Shown here piece after piece: positions 40,903 through 53,589 of a stretch of DNA of 64,000 nucleotides. Under the pieces are notes generated by a model. The model had not been told where the DNA came from and ran no database searches. It worked only from the letters and a program-made list of their open reading frames with translations. A program made the translations under genes and the position numbers. The DNA is taken from assembly GCF_006345805.1 (NCBI RefSeq), contig NC_042999.1, positions 136,958,001 to 137,022,000 of the forward strand, given 5' to 3'. The first letter of the stretch is position 1. Every line of letters begins with the position of its first letter. The stretch is from Octopus sinensis. Its lineage: Eukaryota.

Positions 40903-41190
40903 GAAGCTGCATGGCTCGGTGGTTAGAGTGTCAGGCTCACAATCATGAAATAGTGAGTTCGATTCCTGGCCCATGCAGTGTGTTGTGTTCTTGAGCAAAC
41001 ACTTTATTTCACGTTGCTCTAGTTCCTTCCGCTGTTGAAATGACATGCGACGTCACTGGTGCTAAGCTGTATTGGCCTTTGTCTTTCCCTTGGATAACAT
41101 CGGTGGCATGGAGAGTGGAGGCTGTTATGCATGGGCGACTACTGGTCTTCCATAAACGACTTTGCCTTGACTTGTGCTTCAGAAAGTAAC
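40903..41190 (+). mobile_element. tRNA-headed SINE
   Basis: tggctcggtggttagagtgtcaggctcacaatcatgaaatagtgagttcgattcctgg (A/B boxes), then gtgttgtgttcttgagcaaacacttta. Confidence 0.65.
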
Positions 41191-43291
41191 TTTCTAAGAG
41201 CAATCTCATAATTTTATGAGTAATGTGTATTAAGTCTATAAAATTGTGCATAAAATATATAAAGTGCATTAAGTAATCATCATATTCCAGTTTCTTTCAC
41301 TTTCAATGAGTAGTGGATGAGCAAGTATCTCTCCATACAGGCACAACACAGGCTATGCTTTCAGGTTTTTTGGATAAAGTTTTTAGAAAAAACCCAATAG
41401 GTTTACCATTAACTCCATGAAATATTCATGGCCAAAGTCTCTTCTATTGTAACTGCAAATGTTCCTAAACTAGATATTGAAGTATATTTGTTTCTCTTCT
41501 TTTTGTTATCTCTGCAGTATCTCATTCCCAAACCTAAATTATCTAAACTTTTACTCAAGGAACAGTGCTGTTCTGAAACACTCTTCTCTGCCAATGTTTT
41601 CTCTACAACCTGCAGAAATCCAATCTGAACATTGACAACATTGACATCATCAACCAATCTGGTATGATGAGAGGAAGTGAAGTAAAAGTGGATTGTAGTT
41701 TATTCACAAGATCAAAGGTTGCTAGAATAGTGATTGATGACCCAGGGAGAAAAAACAGCACATAGGTTTACCATTAACTCTGTGAAATATTCATGGGTCC
41801 TGCTCATTATTATTATTTGTTTAGAACTAAGTCAGCTTTGATTCATCCAGACCTATGATGCAAAGCATTCCTTTTTATTCATAGTTTATTTAAAACCATA
41901 TACAATTTCAAACCTTTAATATGGTAGGATATAATTTAAGGGAGATTTGTTTGCTATCTCTGACAGATCTAGCAACACAAAGGTATCGTCATTAGCTAAA
42001 AGGTTTTTATTATTCTGAGCCCTAACTATAGAATTTAGGATGTTTGTATATGTGTAAAATTAATAAAATGTCTTTAAAGGCATAGAATAGTTCCTATTTC
42101 AATCAGATACTGATGTGTTAGAGATGAAAATTAATAGAAAGAACTTACAACAAAGTTAATTTATAATTCAATGTAAAAATATAACTATGAACATTCTAAA
42201 TACTGACAATGGTCATAAAAATGTTGTTGCTGATAGTTTGAGTGACCAAAATGAACTTAATATTGAATAAAAAGATATTTGCTATTAGTATAGAGTAACA
42301 TTAAATAGAAATTTAAAACATTGATAAAACACACACTTAGATTTCTGAGATTATTGCGTTCCTCAATCAATAATGGCCCTGCACTTATTTTCTTTGCCAA
42401 TATATAAATTAAGGTGGCAAGCTGGCAGATTTGTTAATGTGCTGGACAAAATGATTAGCAGCATTTCTTCCTGCACTTTATATTCTGAGTTCAAATTCCA
42501 CTGAGGTTGATTTCACCTTTCTTCCTTTTGGAATCAATAAAATAAAGGGCCTGTAGTCCTTGGATTGGATGGGTAATCATTGTCCAAATTCTTATTCAAA
42601 ACTATTATCCTCCTAGATAGGTCAGGGGATCATATCTCAAATGTTATTGGATTTGGTATGGTTTCTACTTTCAGCCCATCACTGTCTCCACTCCTTTGTT
42701 AACCATTCTACAGAACGTACTAGCTGCATTTTATTGTGGCATCAGCACTTGTGCAGTTGCTTTATACCCTAGGCAGAAGGGGGTCCTCATTGTTCTAAGC
42801 TATCTCAGTCCGTATGGAGCAATGAGACAGATAGAGTGAGTAAAAGAGGAGAAACTACAAAAGAACTAGAGTGAAATGGAGACATAGTTGACATGATGAT
42901 TGGAGTGACAGCATAGAAGAGGTGGGTGGAAGTGGAGAGACAGTGCTAGAAATAATGGAAGAGACAATATTGGAAGGTGTAATAAGAAATTGATTTGTTC
43001 TTATCAAGAACATAAAATATCAAATAATTGCTTTCATACCAATCTCTAACATTGGAATGAAATACATGGGACTTATAATCTTAAGACCAAAAATTTCAAA
43101 ACTATAAATTGCATTTTGGGGGATCTTTTTAAGTAGCTTTAGCTTTATAATAATTAACATGGGAAATGTACCATTCCTTATAATAAAGATGTTTGGATCT
43201 CCTGGAAAGAAATCTATAGTTAGACATCTTTCTAACTTGTTTAAACTAAGTTTCATGTTGGACTGGAGAAATATCTACAACATGCCACAAA

Positions 43292-46200
43292 TCATCATCA
43301 TCATCATCATTTAGCGTCCGCTTTCCATGCTAGCATGGGTTGGACGGTTCAACTGAGGTCTGTGAAGCCAGAAGGCTGCATCAGGCCCAGTCTGATTTGG
43401 CAGTGTTTCTATGGCTGGATGTCCTTCCTAACACCAACCACTCCGTGAGTGTAGTGGGTGCTTTTTACGTGCCACCCGCACAGGTGCCAGACAGAGCTGG
43501 CAAACGGCCATGGACGGATGGTGCTTTTTACATGCCACCGGCACGGGGGCCAGGCGTGACTGGCAATGGCCACGAACGGTTGGTACTTTTTACGTGCCAC
43601 CGGCACGGAGGCCAGTCGGGGCGGCGTTGGCAACGGCCACGATCGGATGGTTTGCTTACTTCTCACCGGCACTGGTATCACAGCTGCAATTTCCATTGAT
43701 GTTGATCGACTTCGATTTTGGTTCTGCTTTCTGATATCTGATTTGATTTGGTTTGATTTTGATTTTCACTTGCCTCAACGGGTCTTCACAAGTGGAGTTT
43801 TGTGTCCCAAGAAGGAAAGGTATGTATAAGTTGACTGGCTACATACCAGGTAGAGGCCACGGGTTATGGTCTCACTAGTCTTGCCAGGTCTTCTCACGCA
43901 CAGCATACTTCTATAGGTCTCGGTCTCTAGTCATTTCCTTGGTGAGACCTAAAGTTCAAAGGTCGTGCTTCACCACCTCGTCCCAGGTTTTCCTGGGTCT
44001 ACCTCTTCCACAGGTTCCCTCAACCCCTAGAGTGTGGCACTTTTGCACACAACTATCTTCAGCCATTCTCATCACATGACCATACCAGCGCAAAACGTCT
44101 CTCTTGCACACCACAACTGATGCTTCTTAGGTCCAACTTTTCTCTCAAGGTACTTACACTCTGTCGATTATGAACACTGACATTACACATCCATCGGAGC
44201 ATACTGGCTTCATTTCTTGCGAGCTTACGCATATCCTCAGCAGTCACAGCCCATGTTTCACTACCATGTAGCATGGTTGTTCGTACACATACATCATACA
44301 GTCTGCCTTTTACTCTGAGCGTGAGGCCTTTTGTCACCAGCAGGGGTAAGAGCTCTCTGAACTTTGCCCAGGCTATTCTTACTCTAGCAGTTACACTTTC
44401 AGCACACCCACCCCTGCTACTGACTTGGTCACCTAGGTAGCAGAAGCTATCAACTACTTCTAGTTTTTCTCCCTGGAACGTGATAGAAGTTGGTCTCTGC
44501 ACATTTTCAGTGTTTATTGCTCCTGAGCATCTGCCACAGACAAAAACTATTTTCCTAGTTAGCCTTCCTTTGACATTGCTGCACCTCTTATGTGTCCATA
44601 GTTTACACTTGGTGCACCTTATAGAGTTTCTACCTACACCTCTTTTACAGATCGAGCAGGGCCATCTACCTGAAGGTGTTTGTGATTGGTCTACCTTCTT
44701 ACTTATTAGGACTTTGGTTTTGGCGGTTAATATAGGGCGTTACGATTATCAGAAAATCAAAAAAAAAATGTGTATAATAGGTGTAAAACAACTTCCTATG
44801 AACGAATATGAAAAAAAAAATTCGCGCACGCGAAAGGGGGGTGGGGGAGAGGCCTCGGAAAATTCACATCGGGAAGTTCCGAAAGCGTCTGAGGAGCTGA
44901 CCCGGGCACCAAAACAAAAAAAAAAATAGTGTAATATGTGTAAAACAACTTGCTCTAAACGAATATGACAAAAAAAATGCGCTCTCGCGAAAGAGGGGTG
45001 GGGGAGAGGCCTCGGAATATTTATATCGGAAATTTCCGAAAGCCTCTGAACCGGGCACAAAAACAAAAACAAAAACAGCGTAATAGGTGTAAAACAACTT
45101 GCTCTAAACGACTATCACGAAAAAAATGCGCGCTCGCGAAAGGGGGGTGGGGGAGAGGCTTCGGAAATTTCACATCTTCAGTCCACGGCCTTTAAACTAA
45201 GAAAAAATAGTGTAATTGGTGTAAAACTACTTGTTCTAAACGAGTATCAAGAACACACACTCACACATGAATCATAAACTCCGTATTTTTGTACATATTT
45301 CGCAAAAAAAATAATAAATAAAGAGAAGAAATTCTGGAAAAAGTGAAGAAATGTTGGATCTCATTCCTTGGTTAAAGCTATTTTAAACATTAAATTTATG
45401 CTTTTCTTTGAAATAGTTCAGATATATGCAATTCTTCTCACTTATTAAGATGCATTTATCAGAAAAAAAGAGACAGAAAAAATTATTATTTTGTGTCAAT
45501 CCTTCCCTAATTATCCTTTATTAATTAGTTTTGGCGTGTATTTTTTTCCCAAATTTATTTTTTCACCTTTACAACACTGTTTAGTAAAGCAATTAATTAT
45601 CTTTATAATTTGCATATTTGACTTATTAATCAAAATTCTCTAGATGTAATATATACTAAGTAATGCATCCTTCATTTATGTGTTCCGTTCTGTATTATGC
45701 ATGCATGACTGTTTGTATGTAAGTGTGTTTAACTGTGCACATGAATGTGAATATTAAAGAACATATTTATTTACTATGATTGTTATTTTCAGAACAAATA
45801 AATCTTTTGGCTGTTATGTTATTGATGTTATTATTATTGCTAGTTAAAGGGTGGTGACTTGGCTGAATATTTTGAGTCTTGTAGTATGTAGTTGTGTTAG
45901 TCAATATTCTGAGTTCAAATCCAACTCATTTCTTTATCATCATTATCGATGGACCACTCAAAGAGGTATGTATACATTATCATTTTCGTAACATAATTTC
46001 TGTAGTATTTCAAGATGTTTCTAACACGTATTTTGATTCACATGGCGGAGATCCAACATTTCTTCACTTTTTCCAGAATTTCTTCTCTTTATTTTTTTTT
46101 TTTGCGAAATATGATTTTATGATTCATGTGTGAGTGTGTGTTCTTGATACTCGTTTAGAACAAGTAGTTTTACACCAATTACACTATTTTTTCTTAGTTT

Positions 46201-47534
46201 AAAGGCCGTGGACTGAAGATGTGAAATTTCCAAAGCCTCTCCCCCACCCCCCTTTCGCGAGCGCGCATTTTTTTCGTGATAGTCGTTTAGAGCAAGTTGT
46301 TTTACACCTATTACGCTGTTTTTGTTTTTGTTTTTGTGCCCGGTTCAGACGCTTTCGGAAATTCCTGATATAAATATTCCGAGGCCTCTCCCCCACCCCT
46401 CTTTCGCGAGAGCGCATTTTTTTTGTCATATTCGTTTAGAGCAAGTTGTTTTACACATATTACACTATTTTTTTTTTGTTTTGGTGCCCGGGTCAGCTCC
46501 TCAGACGCTTTCGGAACTTCCCGATGTGAATTTTCCGAGGCTTCTCCCCCACCCCCCTTTCGCGTGCGCGAATTTTTTTTTCATATTCGTTCATAGGAAG
46601 TTGTTTTACACCTATTACACACATTTTTTTTTTGATTTTCTGATAATCGTAACGCCCTATATTAACCGTTTTGGCTAGGTTGATTCTAAGGCCCTTCGAT
46701 TCTAATCCTTGCTTCCACACCTGAAACTTCTCCTCCAGTTTTGATAGTGACTCATCAATTAGAGCAAGGTCATCAGCATAGAGGAGCTCCCAGGGGCATC
46801 CTGTCTTGAATTTTTCCATTATTGCCTGGAGGACTATGATAAATAGGAGGGGACTGAGGACTGAACCTTGGTGGACCCCAACCTCTACCCGGAATTCTTC
46901 ACTGTACTCGTTGCCAACCCTCACCTTACTAGCAGCGTCTCTGTACATGGCTCGCACAGCTCTCACTAACCACTCATCTATCCCTAGTTTCCTCATTGAC
47001 CACCAGATAAGGGATCGGGGGACCCTGTCGAAGGCTTTCTCCATGTCAACAAAAGCCAGGTACAGGGGCTTATCTTTGGCTAGGTATTTCTCCTGCAGCT
47101 GTCTTACCAGGAATATAGCATCAGTAGTACTTTTCCCTGGCACGAACCCAAACTACATCTCATCTAAGCTAACTCTCTAATTAGTTGGGCTATAACCCTC
47201 TCCATAACCTTCATTACCTGATCCAGCAGCTTGATACCCCTGTAGTTATTTGTATCTAGGGCGTCACCTTTACCTTTGTAGCAGTTGACTATTATGCTGC
47301 TACACCAGTCATTGGGAATGACTCCTTCGTGTATCACCTGGTTAACTATACGGGTGACTAGGCTATAGCTTACACTACCAGATATTTTGAGCATCTCTGC
47401 AGTAATTCCTGATGGGCCTGGGGCTTTCCCTGTTTTCATGCTTGTAATTGCCTTAACTACTAAGGAACTGTCAAATCGGATTGCTGGTCCCTCTGTTGGG
47501 TCGACATTCGGCAGACTCACTTTATTCCATTCAT
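43292..47534 (-). mobile_element. 5'-truncated RTE-clade LINE (inactivated RT, 3' UTR, (GAT)n tail)
   Basis: RT motifs FVDMEKAFDRV, GVHQGSVLSPLLF and LLYADDL (about 46770), continuing GLRINLAKT|KVLI across the insertion. Frameshift and stop near 47150-47165, second frameshift near 44095. Junction microhomology tcat at both ends. Confidence 0.92.
44725..46667. mobile_element. Non-autonomous long-TIR (foldback-like) DNA transposon, Merlin-like
   Basis: Inverted arms of about 620-635 bp starting GGTTAATATAGGGCGTTACG. Perfect 8-bp TSD gttttggc at 44717-44724 and 46668-46675. Arms contain about 3.3 sub-repeats of 130-155 bp; the AT-rich spacer of about 690 bp has no transposase ORF. Confidence 0.9.
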
Positions 47535-49289
47535 TTTGAACTGCATAAAATACTACACAGGGAAACTACCGCTAATGTTCCTAGTGCTGGTTAGCATACC
47601 ACTGCTAGATTCATTGCAATTGTAAACCACTGTTAAATATCCTCCTGTCAGACTCATGTCACTATAAATCATGCTTAAGTACTCCATTGCTAGACTATAG
47701 GCTTTTTCATCAATAATTTTGAATTCCTCTACCTTTATTGCAATAATATTTAAACTCTTCCAATATCATTAAAATCAGTTTTATATTTCTTATAATATAC
47801 TGATACAGTCAGCAATTAGATGTAATAACCCTTTAATCCAATTCTTTCTTAATATGCTCCATGTCCATCTTCCACTAATGATCAGTTAGCAAAAGTAGTT
47901 TCATTTGTCTTATCACATAACTATAACACTGCAGATATGCAGCAATTGCAATGAAACTAAACACTACAATATTCAACCAGTTTTTTAGCTCCTAGCTTTT
48001 TAATCGTTGCACTATTGGAACATCACTTTTAAGGGATTCAGTTGATTATATTGACCCTCAAAATTTTGTCTGCAACTTATATTATTGACTTCAAAACAAG
48101 ATAAAAAGCTAGGTCACTCAGACTAAAGAGATACAGTCAAGACTGGTTGAATTTTTGAAATGCCATACCAATGTACCCATATGTACATCAGGCAAGTGTC
48201 TATTGTTTTCATTTACAGTTTTTCCTTTGCAATGGATTCAGTCAACACAAGACCATAATAGAAGTTACTTGTCCAGGGTGTTATACAGTTGGTGAGAACC
48301 CAGGCTACATGGTTGCAATACAAACTTTTCAACCATAGTTTTTGCCGGCATCCATATACTTGAATTTTAAAATGCTAACAATTAAATAATTCAATATAGA
48401 TGTTTCAATTTTAGTAAATGTCCTATCTGCTGTTTAAGTTTCCAATGCCGTATAGCACAAAGCAACTCCACATATTCCAACCAGCCATGTCTATTGTTTC
48501 TTTTTGTTTGACCATCCATTCATGATATCTTTTTCTTTGCATTGTTCTCTGCCAAGTAGATCTAGGTCTTCTACTTTTGCAGTTACTTGGAACTATCCAT
48601 TGTACTACCTGATGTATTAGCCAGCCTTAAAACTGGGAACAAAGTATGTGACACACTCATCCTTATTTCTTCAGTTATATATAGTATTTAAATCAAAAAA
48701 ATGTCCTGTTTTACAGAAAAATGCTACTCTGAAAATCCAGTCATACTATTTGAGAGCAAAAACCTTGTTAGTTTACCCTAGGAAATAATAATCTAAACTC
48801 TGCTACTCTTAATATTGAATAAAAGTTTAAAAGCAAACAAAAACCTTAGTAAAACTTCAGAAGTTCTTACAACTTTGGTCGTTGTAATGCTTTGCTTTCA
48901 TTTGATTAATAAAAATTCTTCTTCGTATAATGATTACGCTTTCATTTTGTGACAAACAACTATCATGCTGAAAATACCAGCTTCTAAATCTGGTTTTCTG
49001 ATTTGGTGAAAATGATTAAACTTTAAACCTCAGTAACATTTTTCTGCAATAAGTATGTATATATATGTGTGTGTGTGTGTGTGTCTGAGTGTTTATTTAC
49101 AATGGACAGCAGAAAAAGAGTCCACTGTCATCAATTGTTGTCAATTTACGCCCTCTCTCCTTAAAGCTATATAATGTCACATTCACCTTTGTTTCCCTTT
49201 ATGGGCATTTTAAATACTTATGTGTATGTGCATTGTTTGAGTGTGTATTTACAAAAGTATGTATGCAGCATCATGTGTATATCCCTGAG

Positions 49290-51050
49290 GTCAATTTCAG
49301 GTATTATTCTGTTTTTTGACATCACATATTTGAAATCTCAACTTTTTTTCTACTGAACCAAATTTCAAATTTTGTAGCTTAGGAGGTGACCAATCTAAAA
49401 ATGTATAAACATATCAACTTTAGTAAAAAACTGAATTAGTGACAAAGCCTAGAAGTGGTTGTGCGTGAGTAAATGTTGACCTTAAGAATATTATTCACAC
49501 ACTGCTATGTGTGAATGATATTTATTACAATATAGTGTATTCTATGAAGATGAGGCAGATCTTTGCAAGATACCTAAAGACTGAATTGAATCAAACATTT
49601 TGTAATATTGGTTTCCAATTTTGGCAGAAGGCCATCAAATCCAGAGGAGAGGAAAGCTGACACTCATTTTATTGTGTACCAAAAAGATAAAAGGCAAAGA
49701 TGACCCTGGCGGAATTTGAACACAGAATGTACAGACAGACAAAATGCTGTGAAGCTTTCAGCCAGGTGTTAACAATTCTGCCAGGTTGTCATCTTAGTAC
49801 TGTAGTAATAATATTACTTGAAAATTATTTTACATACTTTTGGCACATTTAGCTTATAGAATAACTTATTTCATTTTCAATATTTTTTTAAAAGATTAGC
49901 ACCACAAAGCTTGTCTTGATGAGTTCTATCACATGAGCTAAACAAAAACAAAAACAATGTTTTAGCTTTGCATTTGCGTGTTACCACTGTTTTTGGCACA
50001 TTTGACTCTAGTAGTATTTTATTTAAAAAATTTGTTATATATATAATTAACATCATGAGATTACTGCAGTTGAGATCAGAAAAGTTAAATTTAAATATAG
50101 TTTTCTTTTGAAAGAATAATAATATTTGGAGTCAAAGTCAATTTCAAGCATTAATCACCCATTTGTGACCTCACATATTTGACTACAACTTTTTTTCTAC
50201 AGAACCAATTTTCACATTCTTTAGCTCAAAATTTAGCTTATGATGTGAACAATCTAAAAATGTAAACATCTAATCTGATTAAAAACTGAGTTAGTGAGAA
50301 AGCCTAGAAGTGGTCATGAGTGAGTAAATGTTGACTTTAAGAATATTATTCATACACTACCATGTGTGAATATGTTTTGAAAAGATTAGCACCACAACAC
50401 TCATCTTGATAAGTTCTATCATATGTGGTAAAAAAAATTTTGTTTTCAATTTACTTTTAGGTGTTACCACTTTTTCAACACATTTGGCCCCAGTAATATT
50501 TTATTAAAATTTTTTTTTTTTTTACATAATTGGCATCATCAGATTCCTCAAATGGAGATATATCAGAAAAGTTGAATTTAAATATAGTTTTCTTTTGAAA
50601 TAAGAATAATATTTGGAGTCAAAGTTGATTTCAGGCATTAATCCCCTTTTTTTTTTTTGTGCCAGTTTTTACCTCAGTACTTTTTTTTCTACTGAATATT
50701 TTTGCATATAAGTAACATGGATAGATTCCTCTCATCGAGATCTATCATATAAGCTAAAGTAAAATATAGATTTCTCTAAAAAAAAAAAAAAATCATTTGG
50801 ACTCAAAGTCAATTTCAAGTGTTACTCTCCCATTTTAGACCTCACATATTTTGCTGAAACTTTTTTTCTACCAAAGCAATTTTCAAATTTTCAAGCTGAA
50901 AATGTATTTGAGGGTGTGACCAATCTAAAAATGTAAATATTATCTAATTTGGTTAAAAACTGAGTTAGTTACAAAGCCTAGAAGTGGTCATGAGTGGGTA
51001 AATGTTGACCTTAAGAATATTATTCACACATTGCCATGTGTGAATGATTG
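49290..51050. repeat. Diverged local tandem array (two modules, about 3 copies)
   Basis: aaaactgagttagtgacaaagcctagaagtgg...aagaatattattcacac near 49428, 50281 and 50956; aaagattagcaccaca near 49890 and 50380. Confidence 0.85.
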
Positions 51051-51639
51051 CACTAATTTTATTTTAAACAATATAAACACAATATTTTTGCATCTGAAAT
51101 AAATGGTGGATAAAAATGAATTGATTTTTTCAAATCACTCACATAATAATTAGACAGGAGAAGAGGCTAAGTAAACAAAAAGAAATAATGAAGAAGATGG
51201 AAATGGACAAAAATTGTGGCAGCAGTTGGAATGCTGCGAGAGAAAGAAATAGAGACAACAAAGTTGCATTGTATAGAAATAACAGAAGAGAGCCGAGCAA
51301 AATGTAAATATGAACAGGTTCTTGAGTAAATAATGTTAAAAAGATTTTATTAATTATTATAATTATTTAAAAACAAAACAAATTTTTTTTTTACTTTTCT
51401 TTTTTTATTTTGCGCAAAGAATACTAGAATTCATAATATATGATAATATAATGTAATCCCTGCAAGAGAAAGAAATAGAGACAACAGAGCCATGTTATAT
51501 AAACATGCTTGACCTAACAAAATGTTCGGTCAAGCTCAAATAATAATATATAGAAGAGAGCTGAGTGAAATGTGAATATGAAGAGGTTCTTGAGTAGATA
51601 ATGTTAAAAAGATTTTATTTATGATAATTAATTATTATA

Positions 51640-53589
51640 CTAGCTGAAGCTTACGCGCAGGTAAGAGTGTGGTTGTTACTTTCTGTTGCTTCCTTTCAGC
51701 ATATAAAAAGCACCATCTGAACATGGCCAATTGCAGCGCCGCCTTGACTGGCTTCTGTGCCGGTGGCACGTAAAAAGCACCAACCGATCGTGGCTGCTGC
51801 CAGCCTTGCCTGGCACCTGTGCCGGCGGCACAAAAAAAGCACCCACTACGCTCACAGAGTGGTTGGCTTTAGGAAGGGCATCCACCTGTAGAAACACTGC
51901 CAGATCAGACTAGAGCCTGGTGCAGCCTCCTGGCTTCCCGGACCCCGGTCAAATTGTCCAACCCGTGCCAGCACGGAAAACGGACGTTAAATGATGATTC
52001 TCCCTCTTTGTTTCTCTCCTTTCTCCACTCTCTTACTCTTCCTTTCTCTCGGACTCTCTATCTTTATCTATCTCTCCCATTTATAAACAACAAAAGATCT
52101 TGATTAAGTTGAGAAATAAAATATTTAGAAAGATCAATCATAAATATCAGGCAGTAACAACGGAAAGGTCTGCTTCAAGGCAGACAGCAAAACACTAACA
52201 TTTAAAAGGGACAGACGAACTTGCGAGCTGAATAAAAATAATAAAATATTGGAAACCAAAGTTTGAAGGGATAGAATCTGAGGATAGTAGAGTCACCATG
52301 GCTGGCATTTCTTAACGACGGACAGCAACGTTTTGACAGTTTAACAGCTGGCGTAAAATTTTGAACTTGATGTAAAAGAAAATCCCTAAACACCAAGTTT
52401 TGAAGTGATTCTTTCTCACGACAGTAGACTCACCATGGCAAGCATTCAAAACTTCTTCATCATGGACGGCAACACACTGACGATTAAAAGGCTGGTGCAA
52501 ATTTTTTAGCCTGATGTAACAGAGAATTCCTAAACACCTGCTCCTTTAAATTTTAATCCCCTTCCAGCCCCATTTAGACCCCTTTTCACATTTTGGTTAA
52601 TATAACCCGATTTCATTCGGGTCTACTGGGGCCACATTTATAAGATGAGGAATTTTGTCCTAGAGGTCACGCCTTTCATTTGAGGAAAAAAAATAGTTGT
52701 CATGCAAACTTGCCAGCACTTTTAACATAGGTCTGCATATTTTCAGCTCAACCGACCACATAATGCACACATTATATATATATATATATATGTATATGTG
52801 TGTGTGTGTGTGTTGGAGTCTCTCTCATACGTGAGTGTTGACGCTGAATTCGACTGATAAGCAGGTAACCTTGTCTTTGTTGAAATAGTTGTGAGCTGCT
52901 GGAGTTATTTCTCTGATGGGTAATAGGAATTTCCATATCCTCCGAGGAAACAAACTGTTGACCCAGACAATTAGAATTAATTTTAATAAAAGCATCAATT
53001 TAAGAAAAAATAATAAAGTAGTAAAAAATGAAAATTTAGCACGAAAAATTTGCAGGGTTCTAAATAAATGTTAAAATATAATAGATACGAAAAACCTACG
53101 TTATCACCAGAACACGAACGCTCGTTGGTGTGTTCTGTTTGTATTTGCTCCATCGGCGCGTTGACAGGCAGACAATAGAATGCGATGGCAAGATTCATAA
53201 TATTTGTTGTCATGATTGTGTGGTGTTGGTGGCGATGATAATTCTCTTTATGAATGCAGACAGCGAGATATAGAACGCCGTTTGACAAAGTGAAAGTGAT
53301 GGGAAGGTAGGAAATAGAGTGAGTGAAAAAGTGCTGGGAAGGGAGGAAATAGCGTGAGTGAGTGAGGAAGACAGATACATTAAAGAATGGGAGTGGACTT
53401 GTCAAAGTGGTTTTTGGCCCTAGCAACGACACCTTTTAAGATAGGGATTTCTAAGGTAGCCCATGGGCATCGTCACCTCATTTTACATGTCCCTGTAAAT
53501 TTTGGAGTCAATCTGACGGGATGTAGTGGCCTTGAAAGCGATCCAAGCGGTCGAGTCAAACAAACTTTTTTCAGTTTTATAAATAGAGA
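51640..53589 (-). mobile_element. Helitron-like element containing an RTE-tail insertion
   Basis: Minus strand reads A^TCTCTATTTATAAAACTG ... cttac-ctgcgc-gtaag-cttcagCTAG^T. The flanks rejoin to match the paralogous segment at 54635-54880. Confidence 0.6.
51698..51998 (+). mobile_element. RTE 3' UTR / RTE-tailed short copy
   Basis: ttaggaagggcatccacctgtagaaac...cggacgttaaatgatgat, matching the LINE tail at 43292-43700. Confidence 0.75.

Noticed and set aside
41390-41800. Two acceptor-like sites, short ORFs and a direct repeat of about 40 bp (taggtttaccattaactc...gaaatattcatgg)
   Set aside because: There is no consistent exon chain or homology. The repeat is short and unexplained but gives nothing testable.
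44749-46678. Mirrored ORFs of 76-149 aa in the long-TIR element
   Set aside because: They come from the inverted arms and show no transposase motifs.
43000-47990. Possible decayed ORF on the minus strand reconstituted by removing the LINE (…VFYAVQNDLWHVVDISPVQ…)
   Set aside because: Stop density is close to that of random AT-rich DNA, and I recognise no motif.
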